Made by a program: the position numbers and the translations under genes | The notes under the pieces: generated by a model | Databases searched by the model: none | Told to the model about the DNA's origin: nothing | What the model saw: the letters and a program-made list of their open reading frames with translations, nothing else | Shown: in pieces, positions 55,633-64,000 of the stretch | Layout: each line of letters starts with the position of its first letter | Numbering within the stretch: position 1 is the stretch's first letter | Assembly: GCA_963696805.1 (NCBI GenBank) | Contig: CAVOLF010000006.1 | Span: 375,092-439,091, forward strand | Direction: 5' to 3' | Length of the DNA: 64,000 nucleotides | DNA from: an uncultured Rikenellaceae bacterium | GTDB taxonomy: Bacteria; Bacteroidota; Bacteroidia; Bacteroidales; VadinHA17

Positions 55633-57601
55633 CTTGCTGCCGGAAGTCCTTATCTTCAGGCACCGGTCCGGGCCATGGCCTCCTAACCTCAATGGTCATA
55701 TCCTTCCTGTAATGGAGCATAAACATGCCCCTGTTTTCGTATCCGTTTTGCCTGCTGTCACGTCTGAAATCAGGTTCCAGTGAGAGCAACCGGGGGTAGA
55801 AAACACCCGGATCCCTCAGAAAACCGTTGCCAGCGGCGGCCAGGCCTCCAATAAAATACCATGCGATGTCAAAACCGCGCCATGCAAAGCTCTCAGCCAT
55901 GGGCTCAGTCCTGAATTTTCTCATAAACTTTTCAGTAAATGCCTTTGAAGCAGGCGCATCGAAGTCGATATAGCTGCCGGCAGGTATAAAGAGCTCCAGG
56001 TCATAGAAATACCTGAGATCGACTGTCTCCAGACCTCCTATCTCAGGATAGCCGATTACCTTCAAATCATACTTGCGAGCCAGACCGTGAAGGTTTGACA
56101 GGGTCGAACTGACAACAGAAGAGTTGGTTGATGCAAGAATGATAATATTCTCCCTTTCAGAAGCAAGGAGGTTGTCAATTGAAGTTACACCGCTGTAGGC
56201 ATTGCGCCTTTGTGTCAGACCTGTGAAATAAAACGGTGTCAGGCTCGTGGTGTCATACTGGCCAGCTTCACCCATCACATTCCTGACCTTTTCCCACAAA
56301 ACTGACGTAGAGGGATTGTACATGGCACTGTCTGCGTAGAGGAACACGACATTGCTTCCCCTGTGATTCCTCAGCTCCCCTGCCATAAGGTCCTGCGCTA
56401 CATTTTCCGAAGGAAAGACCCTGTAGAGTGTTGGTTTGTTCTCCAAAATATTTTTATCCCGCAGGGCTACCGGTGAAATGACCGGGATGTTGCGTTCGGC
56501 AGCCCATGAGGAGACCTTTTCCAGGTTAAATGAAAACACCGGGCCTATTATCAGGCTGGCATTATTTAGCGCCCCTGACCATAGCAGCCTGTTAACCTGC
56601 GAAGAGTCCGCCCCCGTATCAAAGACATCCATCTCCACCACCAGTCCCAGTGCACGCAGACTGTCAACTGCTAACAGAATGCCTTCATAGGTTTCAATGA
56701 AAGGCAGGCTGCCTTCATAAATCCACCCTTCAGGCTTCGTCACATCCCTGTATATCTTGTTTCCCTGTGCATCCCTTTTCGTTGAGTCTGTATAAGACCT
56801 GGTATTGTTTTCATTAATGAAGAAAGGCAGAAGAACAGCCACCCTGACTGAACCGCTAAGACTGTTTATCTCTGTCCTGTTGCCCGGGACGGTGAACTCC
56901 TCAGGCACCTCCTGCAACCCTGAAGTATCAGTTACAGTAACATCAACAGAAACAGGGCTATCATCAGGCACAGGCACACCATCCGTCCTCCGTTCGGTCA
57001 TCTTTCTGCGGGGTATCATCAGAAAATCACCCTCCCGCGGAAAAAGCAGACCCTTGTTTGCCCTCTTAAGGTCCCGTACTGAAACCCCGTACTGACCGGC
57101 AATTGAGTAAAGTGTTTCGCCTCTTCTTACCTTGTGGTATAAATAGCGTTCGTCCTGTGTGGCAGTCTCAGTGCGGGGCGTAGTAACGGATCCGGAAGGG
57201 ATGGCTTGCCCGGGGCTTGCGGATTGGGGTTCAGTTTGTTCCTTCGGTTTCGTGGCTGTCTGCGTCACCGAAACCTGGGTACTGCCATTGACAGGGATCC
57301 TGAGCATCTGTCCCTCCCGGATGCCATTGTCCTGTATGTCATTCACACGTGATACCTGGTCAACGGTAACGTTGTATGCCCTGGAAATTGAATAGAGCGT
57401 CTGCCCCTTCATCACCTGGTGCATGTAATAGACTTTCCCCTCCGAAGCGATCTTCTGCTTTGATATCTCCACCGGTACCGGCGCCGGCACCTGGGCCTGA
57501 AGCGCGGGTATGAACAGCGCGACCAGCATGGTGATCAAAACCGGCAGGAGCCGGCAGGGGACTATACTGTAATTCTTATTCTTCATGCAACTCACATTCA
57601 T
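55586..57601 (-). CDS. Secreted protein with two LysM domains and a periplasmic-binding-protein (type 1) like C-terminal domain
   Basis: 671 aa. LysM repeats YYMHQVMKGQTLYSISRAYNVTVDQVSRVN and YHKVRRGETLYSIAGQYGVSVRDLKRAN. The real start may be the Met of MKNKNYS (57586). The 3' end overlaps the convergent TPR gene by 47 nt. Confidence 0.7.
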   Translation of the reverse strand: MNVSCMKNKNYSIVPCRLLPVLITMLVALFIPALQAQVPAPVPVEISKQKIASEGKVYYMHQVMKGQTLYSISRAYNVTVDQVSRVNDIQDNGIREGQMLRIPVNGSTQVSVTQTATKPKEQTEPQSASPGQAIPSGSVTTPRTETATQDERYLYHKVRRGETLYSIAGQYGVSVRDLKRANKGLLFPREGDFLMIPRRKMTERRTDGVPVPDDSPVSVDVTVTDTSGLQEVPEEFTVPGNRTEINSLSGSVRVAVLLPFFINENNTRSYTDSTKRDAQGNKIYRDVTKPEGWIYEGSLPFIETYEGILLAVDSLRALGLVVEMDVFDTGADSSQVNRLLWSGALNNASLIIGPVFSFNLEKVSSWAAERNIPVISPVALRDKNILENKPTLYRVFPSENVAQDLMAGELRNHRGSNVVFLYADSAMYNPSTSVLWEKVRNVMGEAGQYDTTSLTPFYFTGLTQRRNAYSGVTSIDNLLASERENIIILASTNSSVVSSTLSNLHGLARKYDLKVIGYPEIGGLETVDLRYFYDLELFIPAGSYIDFDAPASKAFTEKFMRKFRTEPMAESFAWRGFDIAWYFIGGLAAAGNGFLRDPGVFYPRLLSLEPDFRRDSRQNGYENRGMFMLHYRKDMTIEVRRPWPGPVPEDKDFRQQVNDPFSGSSARNRER

Positions 57602-57626
57602 TCGTATTAACCACCCTCCCGGGGCT

Positions 57627-58580
57627 TCATTTCAGTTCGGTAAGAAACCTTTCGACAGATCTCTCTATCCTCCGGAGAGGGTCTTCAGTATCAGCCTTTA
57701 CAAATTTCCTGCCGGTAATTTTTTCGTACAATTCGATGTAACGTTCTGAGATCTCGGTTACAAGTGCAGGGGTCATTTCCGGGACCTCCTCCCCGCTCCT
57801 TCCCTGGAACCCGTTGGCCATAAGCCATTCACGTACAAACTCCTTGGAGAGCTGTCTCTGCTGCTCGCCCCTGGCAAACCTCTCCTCGTATCCATCGGCA
57901 TAAAAATATCTCGAACTGTCGGGGGTATGTATCTCATCAATCAGGTAGATCTTGCCGTCACGCTTCCCGAATTCATACTTGGTATCTACAAGTATCAGAC
58001 CCTGGCGGGCAGCTATTTCAGAGCCCCTCAGGAAGAGCCTCATTGAATAGTCTGCAAGCATCCTGTACTCATCTTCAGACACCAGCCCGCTCCGGATGAT
58101 CTCATCAGGTGAGATATCCTGGTCATGCATTCCGTGTTCAGCCTTGGTGGTCGGCGTAATGAGGGGCCGCTCAAAACGCTGGTGTTCCCTCAACCCTTCC
58201 GGGAGAGGTATCCCGCATATCTCCCTGCCGCCCGATTTGTAGAGTCTCCACGAGCTGCCTGTGAGAAAGCCCCTGACGATCATCTCTACCGGGTAAGTTT
58301 CGCACCTCACTCCCACAGTCACGTTAGGGTCAGGGGTGGCGATATTCCAGGTGGGTACGATGTCACTAACCATCTCCAGTGACATGGCAGCTATCTGGTT
58401 CAATACCTGTCCCTTGTAGGGAATGCCCTCCGGGAGCACCACGTCGAAGGCGGAGATGCGGTCAGAAACAACCATCAGCAGGTACTTGTCATCAATATTG
58501 TAAACATCACGGACTTTACCCCTGTAGATGCCTTTCTGCCCGGGGAAGTGAAAATCTGTTTTTGTTATAGCCTTTGCCAT
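57627..58580 (-). CDS. purC: Phosphoribosylaminoimidazole-succinocarboxamide (SAICAR) synthase
   Basis: 317 aa. Conserved [10 protein letters not shown]-terminal motif and [11 protein letters not shown]. Confidence 0.9.
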   Translation of the reverse strand: MAKAITKTDFHFPGQKGIYRGKVRDVYNIDDKYLLMVVSDRISAFDVVLPEGIPYKGQVLNQIAAMSLEMVSDIVPTWNIATPDPNVTVGVRCETYPVEMIVRGFLTGSSWRLYKSGGREICGIPLPEGLREHQRFERPLITPTTKAEHGMHDQDISPDEIIRSGLVSEDEYRMLADYSMRLFLRGSEIAARQGLILVDTKYEFGKRDGKIYLIDEIHTPDSSRYFYADGYEERFARGEQQRQLSKEFVREWLMANGFQGRSGEEVPEMTPALVTEISERYIELYEKITGRKFVKADTEDPLRRIERSVERFLTELK

Positions 58581-58586
58581 TGTCTC

Positions 58587-59594
58587 TTATTTTGTATCCT
58601 TGTTCTCGCCGTTCCGGTTCTTTTCCTCGGCATCATAAGCCCTTACAATATTCTTGACGAGCCTGTGCCTGACGATATCACGTTCATCGAACCGGATAAC
58701 CGATATTCCGTCAATGCCGGTCAGAAGCCGGATTGCCTGAAGCAGTCCCGATTCACTTCTCTTTGGCAGGTCAATCTGGGTGGTGTCGCCGGTGAGGATG
58801 AACTTTGAACTTGCTCCCATCCGGGTAAGGAACATCTTCAGCTGGCTGACGGTTGCATTCTGTGCCTCATCGAGGATCACGAAACAGTTCTCCAGCGTCC
58901 TGCCCCGCATGAAGGCCAGGGGTGCTATCTGCACGGTGCCGTCCTCAATCCATTGCTCCAGCTTGCGAAACGGTATCATGTCATTCAGGGCATCATACAG
59001 CGGCTGCAGGTAAGGATCAAGCTTATCTCTCATGTCACCCGGAAGGAATCCGAGTCTCTCTCCTGCCTCCACGGCGGGGCGTGTAAGGACTATCTTCTTG
59101 ACCTCGTGGTTCTTCAGCGCCCTTACTGCCAGGGCAATCGCCGTATAGGTCTTGCCGGTACCGGCGGGGCCCTCCGCAATGATCAGGTCACTGGCAGCGT
59201 ATTCCTTCACCAGCTGCAGCTGGTTGACCGTTCGGGCCCTGACAGGCTTGCCGTTGGTCCCGAAGACAAGAGCATCCTCAAACTCGCCGTTTGATGCAGA
59301 ACGCATATGATCACCATCAAGAAGCAGCCGCTCAAGATCTCCCTCCTCAAGCCTGTTGTAATGCCTGTAGTATTCAATCAGCTCTGACATCTTACCGGCG
59401 AAAAGAGCTACCTCATCCGCCTCACCGATGCATTTGATCTCATTTCCACGGGCAATAAGCCTTATCTTCGGGAAATATCCCTGTATCTGATCAAGGAGCC
59501 TGTTGTTGGGTCCAAGCATGACCATAGGATCTATCTCTTCAAGGATTATTAATCGTTCCGTCATCCGCCCTGGTTCTCTCTTTCTTTCTACCAA
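58587..59594 (-). CDS. phoH: PhoH-family ATPase
   Basis: 335 aa. Walker A GPAGTGKTY, FVILDEAQN (Walker B), and the PhoH signature LTGDTTQIDLP. Confidence 0.9.
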   Translation of the reverse strand: MVERKREPGRMTERLIILEEIDPMVMLGPNNRLLDQIQGYFPKIRLIARGNEIKCIGEADEVALFAGKMSELIEYYRHYNRLEEGDLERLLLDGDHMRSASNGEFEDALVFGTNGKPVRARTVNQLQLVKEYAASDLIIAEGPAGTGKTYTAIALAVRALKNHEVKKIVLTRPAVEAGERLGFLPGDMRDKLDPYLQPLYDALNDMIPFRKLEQWIEDGTVQIAPLAFMRGRTLENCFVILDEAQNATVSQLKMFLTRMGASSKFILTGDTTQIDLPKRSESGLLQAIRLLTGIDGISVIRFDERDIVRHRLVKNIVRAYDAEEKNRNGENKDTK

Positions 59595-59673
59595 CTGTTT
59601 ATCAGTATATTACGATCAGCTTCTTTTTTCAGATCTGCTCCATCGCAAAGTAAGTTTATTTTTTTCAGAAGAT

Positions 59674-59681
59674 TATCTTTG
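59674..59681 (+). promoter_or_regulatory. Candidate -7 promoter box for the DUF62 gene
   Basis: TATCTTTG (TAnnTTTG), 17 nt upstream of the ATG at 59698. Confidence 0.4.
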
Positions 59682-59697
59682 CTGTAACAATTTTAGA

Positions 59698-60498
59698 ATG
59701 GCTCTGATCACGCTGACAACCGAGTGGAGAAATGATGATTTCTTTCACGGGATACTCAGGGGAAAACTCTCCTCAAGCTGTCCTGAGGCGGTTGTGGTAA
59801 ACAATGCCGGAACGATCCCTCCGCTAAATATCATGCACGGGGCTTTCGTCATCAGGAATACTTTCAGTCACTACCCGGAGGGAACCATTCACCTGGTATT
59901 TGTCAGCAGCGAAGGCTCCGGCAGACAGCCCCACCTGCTTGTAAAAGCGCGGGGTCACTGGTTCATCGGCGCCGATAACGGCATCTTCAACCTGATACTC
60001 AACTCCGAACCTGATCTCATAGTAAGGCTGAAGAACGAAGATAACGCAGATGAGATAACACTCTTTGTCAGGGCTGCTGCAGCCATAATAGCCGGAAAGC
60101 CCGCTGAGAAGCTGGGAGCAAAAGTCTCAGGCCTCTCTGAGAGAGTGCCTCTGCGTGCTACCATTGACCGAAACGTTATAATCGGCAGCGTCATCTTCAT
60201 AGATTCCTACGGCAACGCTATAACCAACATCACCCGTGAGGTATTCTCGAGGGTTTTTGACGGAAGAGCTTTCAGAATACTGATCAAAAGCAACAAATAC
60301 TACACTGAGAAGATAAGCAGGCTCTACAGCGATGAGCCTGTAGGTGAGATAGTGACTCTCTTCAACATGCTTGACCTTCTCGAAGTATCGATCAATGGAG
60401 CCAACCTGTGCCAGTTGTTCGGGGTCGATACGGGAGATGCTGTGCGGGTGGAGGCAAGAGATGACGGCCGGGAAGGCAACGGCCTGTTTAAAAATTAA
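59698..60498 (+). CDS. SAM hydrolase/SAM-dependent halogenase-family protein (DUF62, S-adenosyl-L-methionine hydroxide adenosyltransferase-like)
   Basis: I prefer the start at MALITLTTEWRNDDFFHG (cf. the DUF62 N-terminal ITLTTDFG pattern). The track ORF (from 59503) carries an upstream extension that overlaps phoH. Confidence 0.7.
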   Translation: MALITLTTEWRNDDFFHGILRGKLSSSCPEAVVVNNAGTIPPLNIMHGAFVIRNTFSHYPEGTIHLVFVSSEGSGRQPHLLVKARGHWFIGADNGIFNLILNSEPDLIVRLKNEDNADEITLFVRAAAAIIAGKPAEKLGAKVSGLSERVPLRATIDRNVIIGSVIFIDSYGNAITNITREVFSRVFDGRAFRILIKSNKYYTEKISRLYSDEPVGEIVTLFNMLDLLEVSINGANLCQLFGVDTGDAVRVEARDDGREGNGLFKN

Positions 60499-60600
60499 CC
60501 AACTTATGAAACCCACATGCATTACATACACACACATTTATGAACTTAATTGTCGAACATGTGGGTTCCATCCGACCTTTAAAATCAAAATTATAAACGG

Positions 60601-61389
60601 ATGAAAGAAAAAACAATCAGGGAATTTGGCAGACTGCTCGAGATAATGGATGAGCTGAGGGAAAAATGCCCGTGGGATCAGAAACAGACCAACCAGACTC
60701 TCAGAAAACTGACTATCGAGGAGACCTATGAGCTTGCCGACGCCATAATCCAGGATGACAACGATGCCATCCGCAAGGAACTGGGTGACCTGATGCTCCA
60801 TATTGTATTCTATGCCACTATCGGCTCCGAGAAAGGGCTATTTGACATGGGCGATGTCCTGGAAGGCATTAACAGCAAGCTTGTCTACAGGCACCCGCAT
60901 GTGTTCGGAGATGTGAGCGTCACCAGGGGCGCCCGTGAGGTGGAGGAGAACTGGGAAAAGCTGAAGACAAATGAACATACTGAATACAAACCAGTTCTCT
61001 CAGGTGTTCCGGCATCACTCCCGGCAACCATCAAGGCTAACAGGATACAGGAGAAGGTAAGAGGCGTGGGGTTCGACTGGGATACCCGTGAACAGATATG
61101 GGACAAGGTTACCGAAGAGCTTGATGAGCTGAAACAGGAGGTGGCAGCAGGCAACAAGATCGATATGGAGGCAGAACTGGGTGACCTTTTCTTCTCTATG
61201 ATAAACGCTGCACGGCTGTATGAGATTGACCCCGAAGCGGCCCTCGAAAAAACCAACAGGAAATTCATCACCAGGTTCAACTATCTTGAGGAGATGACCC
61301 TGGCAAAAGGCATCTCACTGCGTGAAATGACCCTTGATGAGATGAACATCATCTGGGAGGAGGCCAAACAGTTTGACAGAAAGGAGTAA
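60601..61389 (+). CDS. mazG: Nucleoside triphosphate pyrophosphohydrolase MazG (tandem MazG domains)
   Basis: 262 aa. CPWDQKQT…EETYELADAI…ELGDLMLHIVFY, with a second copy EELDELKQE…ELGDLFFSMIN. Confidence 0.9.
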   Translation: MKEKTIREFGRLLEIMDELREKCPWDQKQTNQTLRKLTIEETYELADAIIQDDNDAIRKELGDLMLHIVFYATIGSEKGLFDMGDVLEGINSKLVYRHPHVFGDVSVTRGAREVEENWEKLKTNEHTEYKPVLSGVPASLPATIKANRIQEKVRGVGFDWDTREQIWDKVTEELDELKQEVAAGNKIDMEAELGDLFFSMINAARLYEIDPEAALEKTNRKFITRFNYLEEMTLAKGISLREMTLDEMNIIWEEAKQFDRKE

Positions 61390-61393
61390 AAAG

Positions 61394-62242
61394 TCAGCCT
61401 GAAAATCTGTAGCTCAGCATCTGGTAAATGAGCTTCGCCGCCATGAAATCGGGAGCCTTGTTTGTTTCCGAAGGACAGAGCTCAACAACATCAAAACCCA
61501 CCACATTTCTTTTCCCCATCACATCACGGAGGAATGACAACAACTCCCTGTAATCAGGGCCGCCCGGTTCAGGGGTGCCGGTTGATGGCATGACTGAAGG
61601 ATCAAACACATCAAGGTCAATGGTGATCCACACATTATCTGAAAGCAGGTTAAGTGCCTTTCTGTAAAGAGAGTTGTCCTCCCATAATCTGTGAGCGTAA
61701 AAAATCCTCTCTCCGTCAACATAAGGAAGCTCTTCCGCTGCCATGGATCGAATCCCTACCTGTACCAGGGGAGCATACTCCCTCGCCCGGGCGGCAGCGC
61801 AGGCATGGTTCAGATGCGATCCCTCGTAGACGGGACGAAGGTCGGAATGAGCATCTAGCTGAAGTATCGTCAGCCCGGCAAATGCCTCTGAGGCAGCTCT
61901 GAAGGCGCCTATGCTAACCGTATGGTTGCCTCCGATGACAACCGGGAAACGCTTTCCGGCAAAGATGCCTGAGACCGCCAGGTATACGGCATCAGTCACC
62001 AGGGACGGATCAGTTCCGGTTTCTACAGGGGGCAGAGTGTGAATCCCTCTTTTATGTACTTCCGTTCCGGTCTCTATGTCATAAAACTCAAGGGCGGGTG
62101 ATGCATTGAGTATGGCGGCAGGCCCCTTGTCGGCACCCCGTATGTAGGTGCTGGTAGCATCATAAGGTACCGGAACGATGATAATTTGAGATTCATCGTA
62201 GCCATAAACCACTTCGCGGCCACCGAAATTCGTTGCTCCCAT
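61394..62242 (-). CDS. speB: Agmatinase (arginase/ureohydrolase family)
   Basis: 282 aa. Mn-binding motifs GGNHTVS, LDAHSDL, and DLDVFDPSVMPSTGTPEPGG. Confidence 0.85.
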   Translation of the reverse strand: MGATNFGGREVVYGYDESQIIIVPVPYDATSTYIRGADKGPAAILNASPALEFYDIETGTEVHKRGIHTLPPVETGTDPSLVTDAVYLAVSGIFAGKRFPVVIGGNHTVSIGAFRAASEAFAGLTILQLDAHSDLRPVYEGSHLNHACAAARAREYAPLVQVGIRSMAAEELPYVDGERIFYAHRLWEDNSLYRKALNLLSDNVWITIDLDVFDPSVMPSTGTPEPGGPDYRELLSFLRDVMGKRNVVGFDVVELCPSETNKAPDFMAAKLIYQMLSYRFSG

Positions 62243-62292
62243 CCGATCAGAAATTCATGACCCTGACCTTGAACAGAAAGGTATCTCTCATG

Positions 62293-62877
62293 CTATTTGC
62301 CCGCTGCAGGCTTGGCCTTTCCGCCCTTTGCCGGGGCAGTTTTTTTCACTTTCGGTTCGGCCTTTTCCCCGGCCCTGGCCTGGCTCCCGGACTTCTTCCT
62401 GTCGTCAGGTCCGGTTTTGATGACATCACCGGACCCGGCCTTAGCATCGTCACCGGTCTCAACTAGGGGTTCCGGCTCCTCGGCCTTCTCCTCTTCCTTC
62501 ACGAGAAGGTTCAGTTTATGCAGGATGTTGTACCAGTGAAGCACCTTTTTAATGTCTGAAGTGTAAACCCGGTCACGGTCATAATCCGGCATGACGGCGG
62601 CAAAGTATTTCTTCAGTTCAGCATCGGGGAGCTTATGGAAGAGTGTTTCTCCTCCATTCTCCTTCTCCCATATCAGGTCCATAACCTTTCCCAGCGGCAT
62701 ATCCTCACCGGTGGTGAACAGAGAGATCTCATCCAGGGCGCTCACCTTTGCAGTGGCACCGGCGCTTAGCCGCCTGCCTGTCTCGAGATTCTCAACAATA
62801 ACTGCATTCTTACCCTGGGCGATGAATTTAAAGAGCGTGCCTTCCCCTGAAATTGCCAGAATATCCTTTAGGTTCAT
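62293..62877 (-). CDS. Conserved Bacteroidota hypothetical protein (DUF5606-like) with a Lys/Ala/Pro-rich histone-H1-like tail
   Basis: 194 aa. N-terminal MNLKDILAISGEGTLFKFIAQGKNAVIVENLETGRR. C-terminal …KAEPKVKKTAPAKGGKAKPAAGK. Confidence 0.5.
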   Translation of the reverse strand: MNLKDILAISGEGTLFKFIAQGKNAVIVENLETGRRLSAGATAKVSALDEISLFTTGEDMPLGKVMDLIWEKENGGETLFHKLPDAELKKYFAAVMPDYDRDRVYTSDIKKVLHWYNILHKLNLLVKEEEKAEEPEPLVETGDDAKAGSGDVIKTGPDDRKKSGSQARAGEKAEPKVKKTAPAKGGKAKPAAGK

Positions 62878-62920
62878 TTTAATTGAAGTTTAATGTTAGT
62901 AATTGTATATCAGCTTTGTA

Positions 62921-63658
62921 TCAGACAATATTGCGTTCTTTCTTGATCTTGTCCCATGCTTCGTTCACAGCCTTGAACTTCTCTTCAGCAGACTTCCTGA
63001 AATCCTCTCCAAGGTGGCTCACCTTATCAGGATGATACTTCAGGGCCATCTTCCTGTATGCTGCCTTCAGCTCCTCTTCAGTCGCCGTGCGTTCAACTTC
63101 AAGTATCCGGTAAGCAGCATCTGTTGCAGGAACGAACATGTTGCGGATCGAATCGTAGTCGGTTCCGGAGATACCGAGCATATCAGATATCGACCTGATG
63201 ACTTTTGTCTCAGCCGGTTCGAACCTGTTGTCTGCTGCGGAGATATTGTACAGGATATGAATAAGCTGCAGGCGTGATGGATAATCCATGTTGCCCCTTA
63301 TCTGCATGCAGACATCGCGCAGTGGTATCTCTTTCTGCAGGAGGTCCTTAAGCATTGCCAGTGCCTCCCGGGCGGTGTCAGGCCCGAACTGTAGGACGAA
63401 GAACCGCTTTACATAGTCAAGCTCCGATTTCAGGACCTTGCCGTCTGCCTTCATTACCGCAGCGATAAGTACAATGAGGCTCATCCCGAAGTCGCCCGGT
63501 GTGGTCCGGTACAAAGTTCTCCCGTTTCCGGTCTGCTCCCATGAAACGGTTGAACTGTCAACAAATGATCCGAGAAAAAATCCCAGTAGTCCTCCTATTG
63601 GTCCGCCCACTACAAAGCCCAGTCCTCCTCCTATCCACTTGGCAAATTTACCCATCAC
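62921..63658 (-). CDS. DjlA-like co-chaperone: N-terminal membrane anchor, TerB-like domain, C-terminal J domain
   Basis: 245 aa. Gly-rich hydrophobic N-terminus. J-domain [30 protein letters not shown] at the C-terminus. Confidence 0.8.
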   Translation of the reverse strand: MMGKFAKWIGGGLGFVVGGPIGGLLGFFLGSFVDSSTVSWEQTGNGRTLYRTTPGDFGMSLIVLIAAVMKADGKVLKSELDYVKRFFVLQFGPDTAREALAMLKDLLQKEIPLRDVCMQIRGNMDYPSRLQLIHILYNISAADNRFEPAETKVIRSISDMLGISGTDYDSIRNMFVPATDAAYRILEVERTATEEELKAAYRKMALKYHPDKVSHLGEDFRKSAEEKFKAVNEAWDKIKKERNIV

Positions 63659-64000
63659 CTCTCCCTTTGTGCAAGACGGAGCATATCATCATGTATCTTA
63701 AGTATCTCCGGAATAATCATTTCATTGTCAGCATTATTGATGACATAGTACGACTGTTCCTCCCTTTCGTCATCTTCAAGCTGGTTATTTATCCGTTCCA
63801 GGACCTCTTCGCGGCTCAGGTCGTTACGTCCCATCACACGTGCTATCCGTTCCTCAACAGGGGCGGATATCGCTGCCACCCTGTCAACAAGCACATCAGC
63901 TTTTGCCTCGAAGAGGATTGCTGCTTCCATTATTACATAAGGAGCTTCCGATTTCCCTGCCCACTCATCAAAAATCCTGAGGATGGCAGGATGCACCGAG
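63655..64000 (-). CDS. coaE: Dephospho-CoA kinase, C-terminal part (N-terminus outside the window)
   Basis: The track's M at 63996 is an internal GTG (Val), and the frame stays open to base 64000. CoaE-like …[12 protein letters not shown]…[10 protein letters not shown]…[22 protein letters not shown]. Confidence 0.75.
   Translation of the reverse strand, partial: SVHPAILRIFDEWAGKSEAPYVIMEAAILFEAKADVLVDRVAAISAPVEERIARVMGRNDLSREEVLERINNQLEDDEREEQSYYVINNADNEMIIPEILKIHDDMLRLAQRER

Noticed and set aside
60510-60567. 10-bp inverted repeat (aacccacatg / catgtgggtt) with a 38-nt CA-rich loop between the DUF62 and mazG genes.
   Set aside because: The loop is too long for a canonical terminator and no U-run follows. 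It is a single occurrence in the window, so there is not enough to call an element.
58587-61389. The phoH, mazG and DUF62 neighbourhood as a possible toxin-antitoxin or defence module.
   Set aside because: These are the housekeeping forms: a full-length PhoH ATPase without a PIN domain, and a tandem-domain MazG pyrophosphatase. No mazEF-like small gene pair or other defence hallmarks are adjacent.
1-64000. Search for tRNA, rRNA, CRISPR, transposase/integrase, prophage or obvious horizontally acquired islands.
   Set aside because: Intergenic gaps are short (345 bp at most) and contain no cloverleaf-like or array-like sequence. No recombinase or phage motifs were seen in any ORF.

Overview
This 64-kb chromosomal window appears to come from an anaerobic Bacteroidota-type genome. 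That is an inference from TAnnTTTG-type promoter boxes, many lipobox signal peptides, a Y_Y_Y/LuxR sensor-regulator, an [FeFe]-hydrogenase and NrfHA. All family calls rest on motifs I read in the translations; no database search was run.

Layout:
- 1-22.4 kb: a single minus-strand beta-glucan (laminarin-type) utilisation locus. Gene order is regulator, secreted GH-A/beta-barrel-like fusion protein, ~1,300-aa modular glycan-binding lipoprotein (reading frame broken), GH16, GPH/MFS importer, GH17, GH30, GH17, a 1,152-aa candidate beta-1,3-glucan phosphorylase, and GH3. The GH3 gene is edge-truncated and missing from the ORF track. No SusC/SusD pair is visible.
- 22.6-32 kb: pdaD, nrfHA, GH35, Pit/DUF47, a beta-CASP RNase, an NhaD-type antiporter and an RRM protein.
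- 32.6-44.3 kb: an island of five exopeptidases, interrupted by an uncharacterised pair (a condensation-fold protein with an HxxxDG motif plus a zinc-ribbon membrane protein).
- 44.6-49.1 kb: a four-gene NuoE/NuoF-type [FeFe]-hydrogenase operon.
- 49.2-64 kb: housekeeping genes (ygiQ, a patatin-Omp85 fusion, TPR, LysM, purC, phoH, DUF62, mazG, speB, DUF5606, a DjlA-like protein, and a partial coaE).

I recognised no rRNA, tRNA, CRISPR array, transposase, integrase or defence-system hallmarks. The best candidate for something new is the glycan locus: a TonB/SusCD-independent architecture built around a glycosidase fused to a putative outer-membrane barrel, with an MFS importer and cytoplasmic phosphorolysis.
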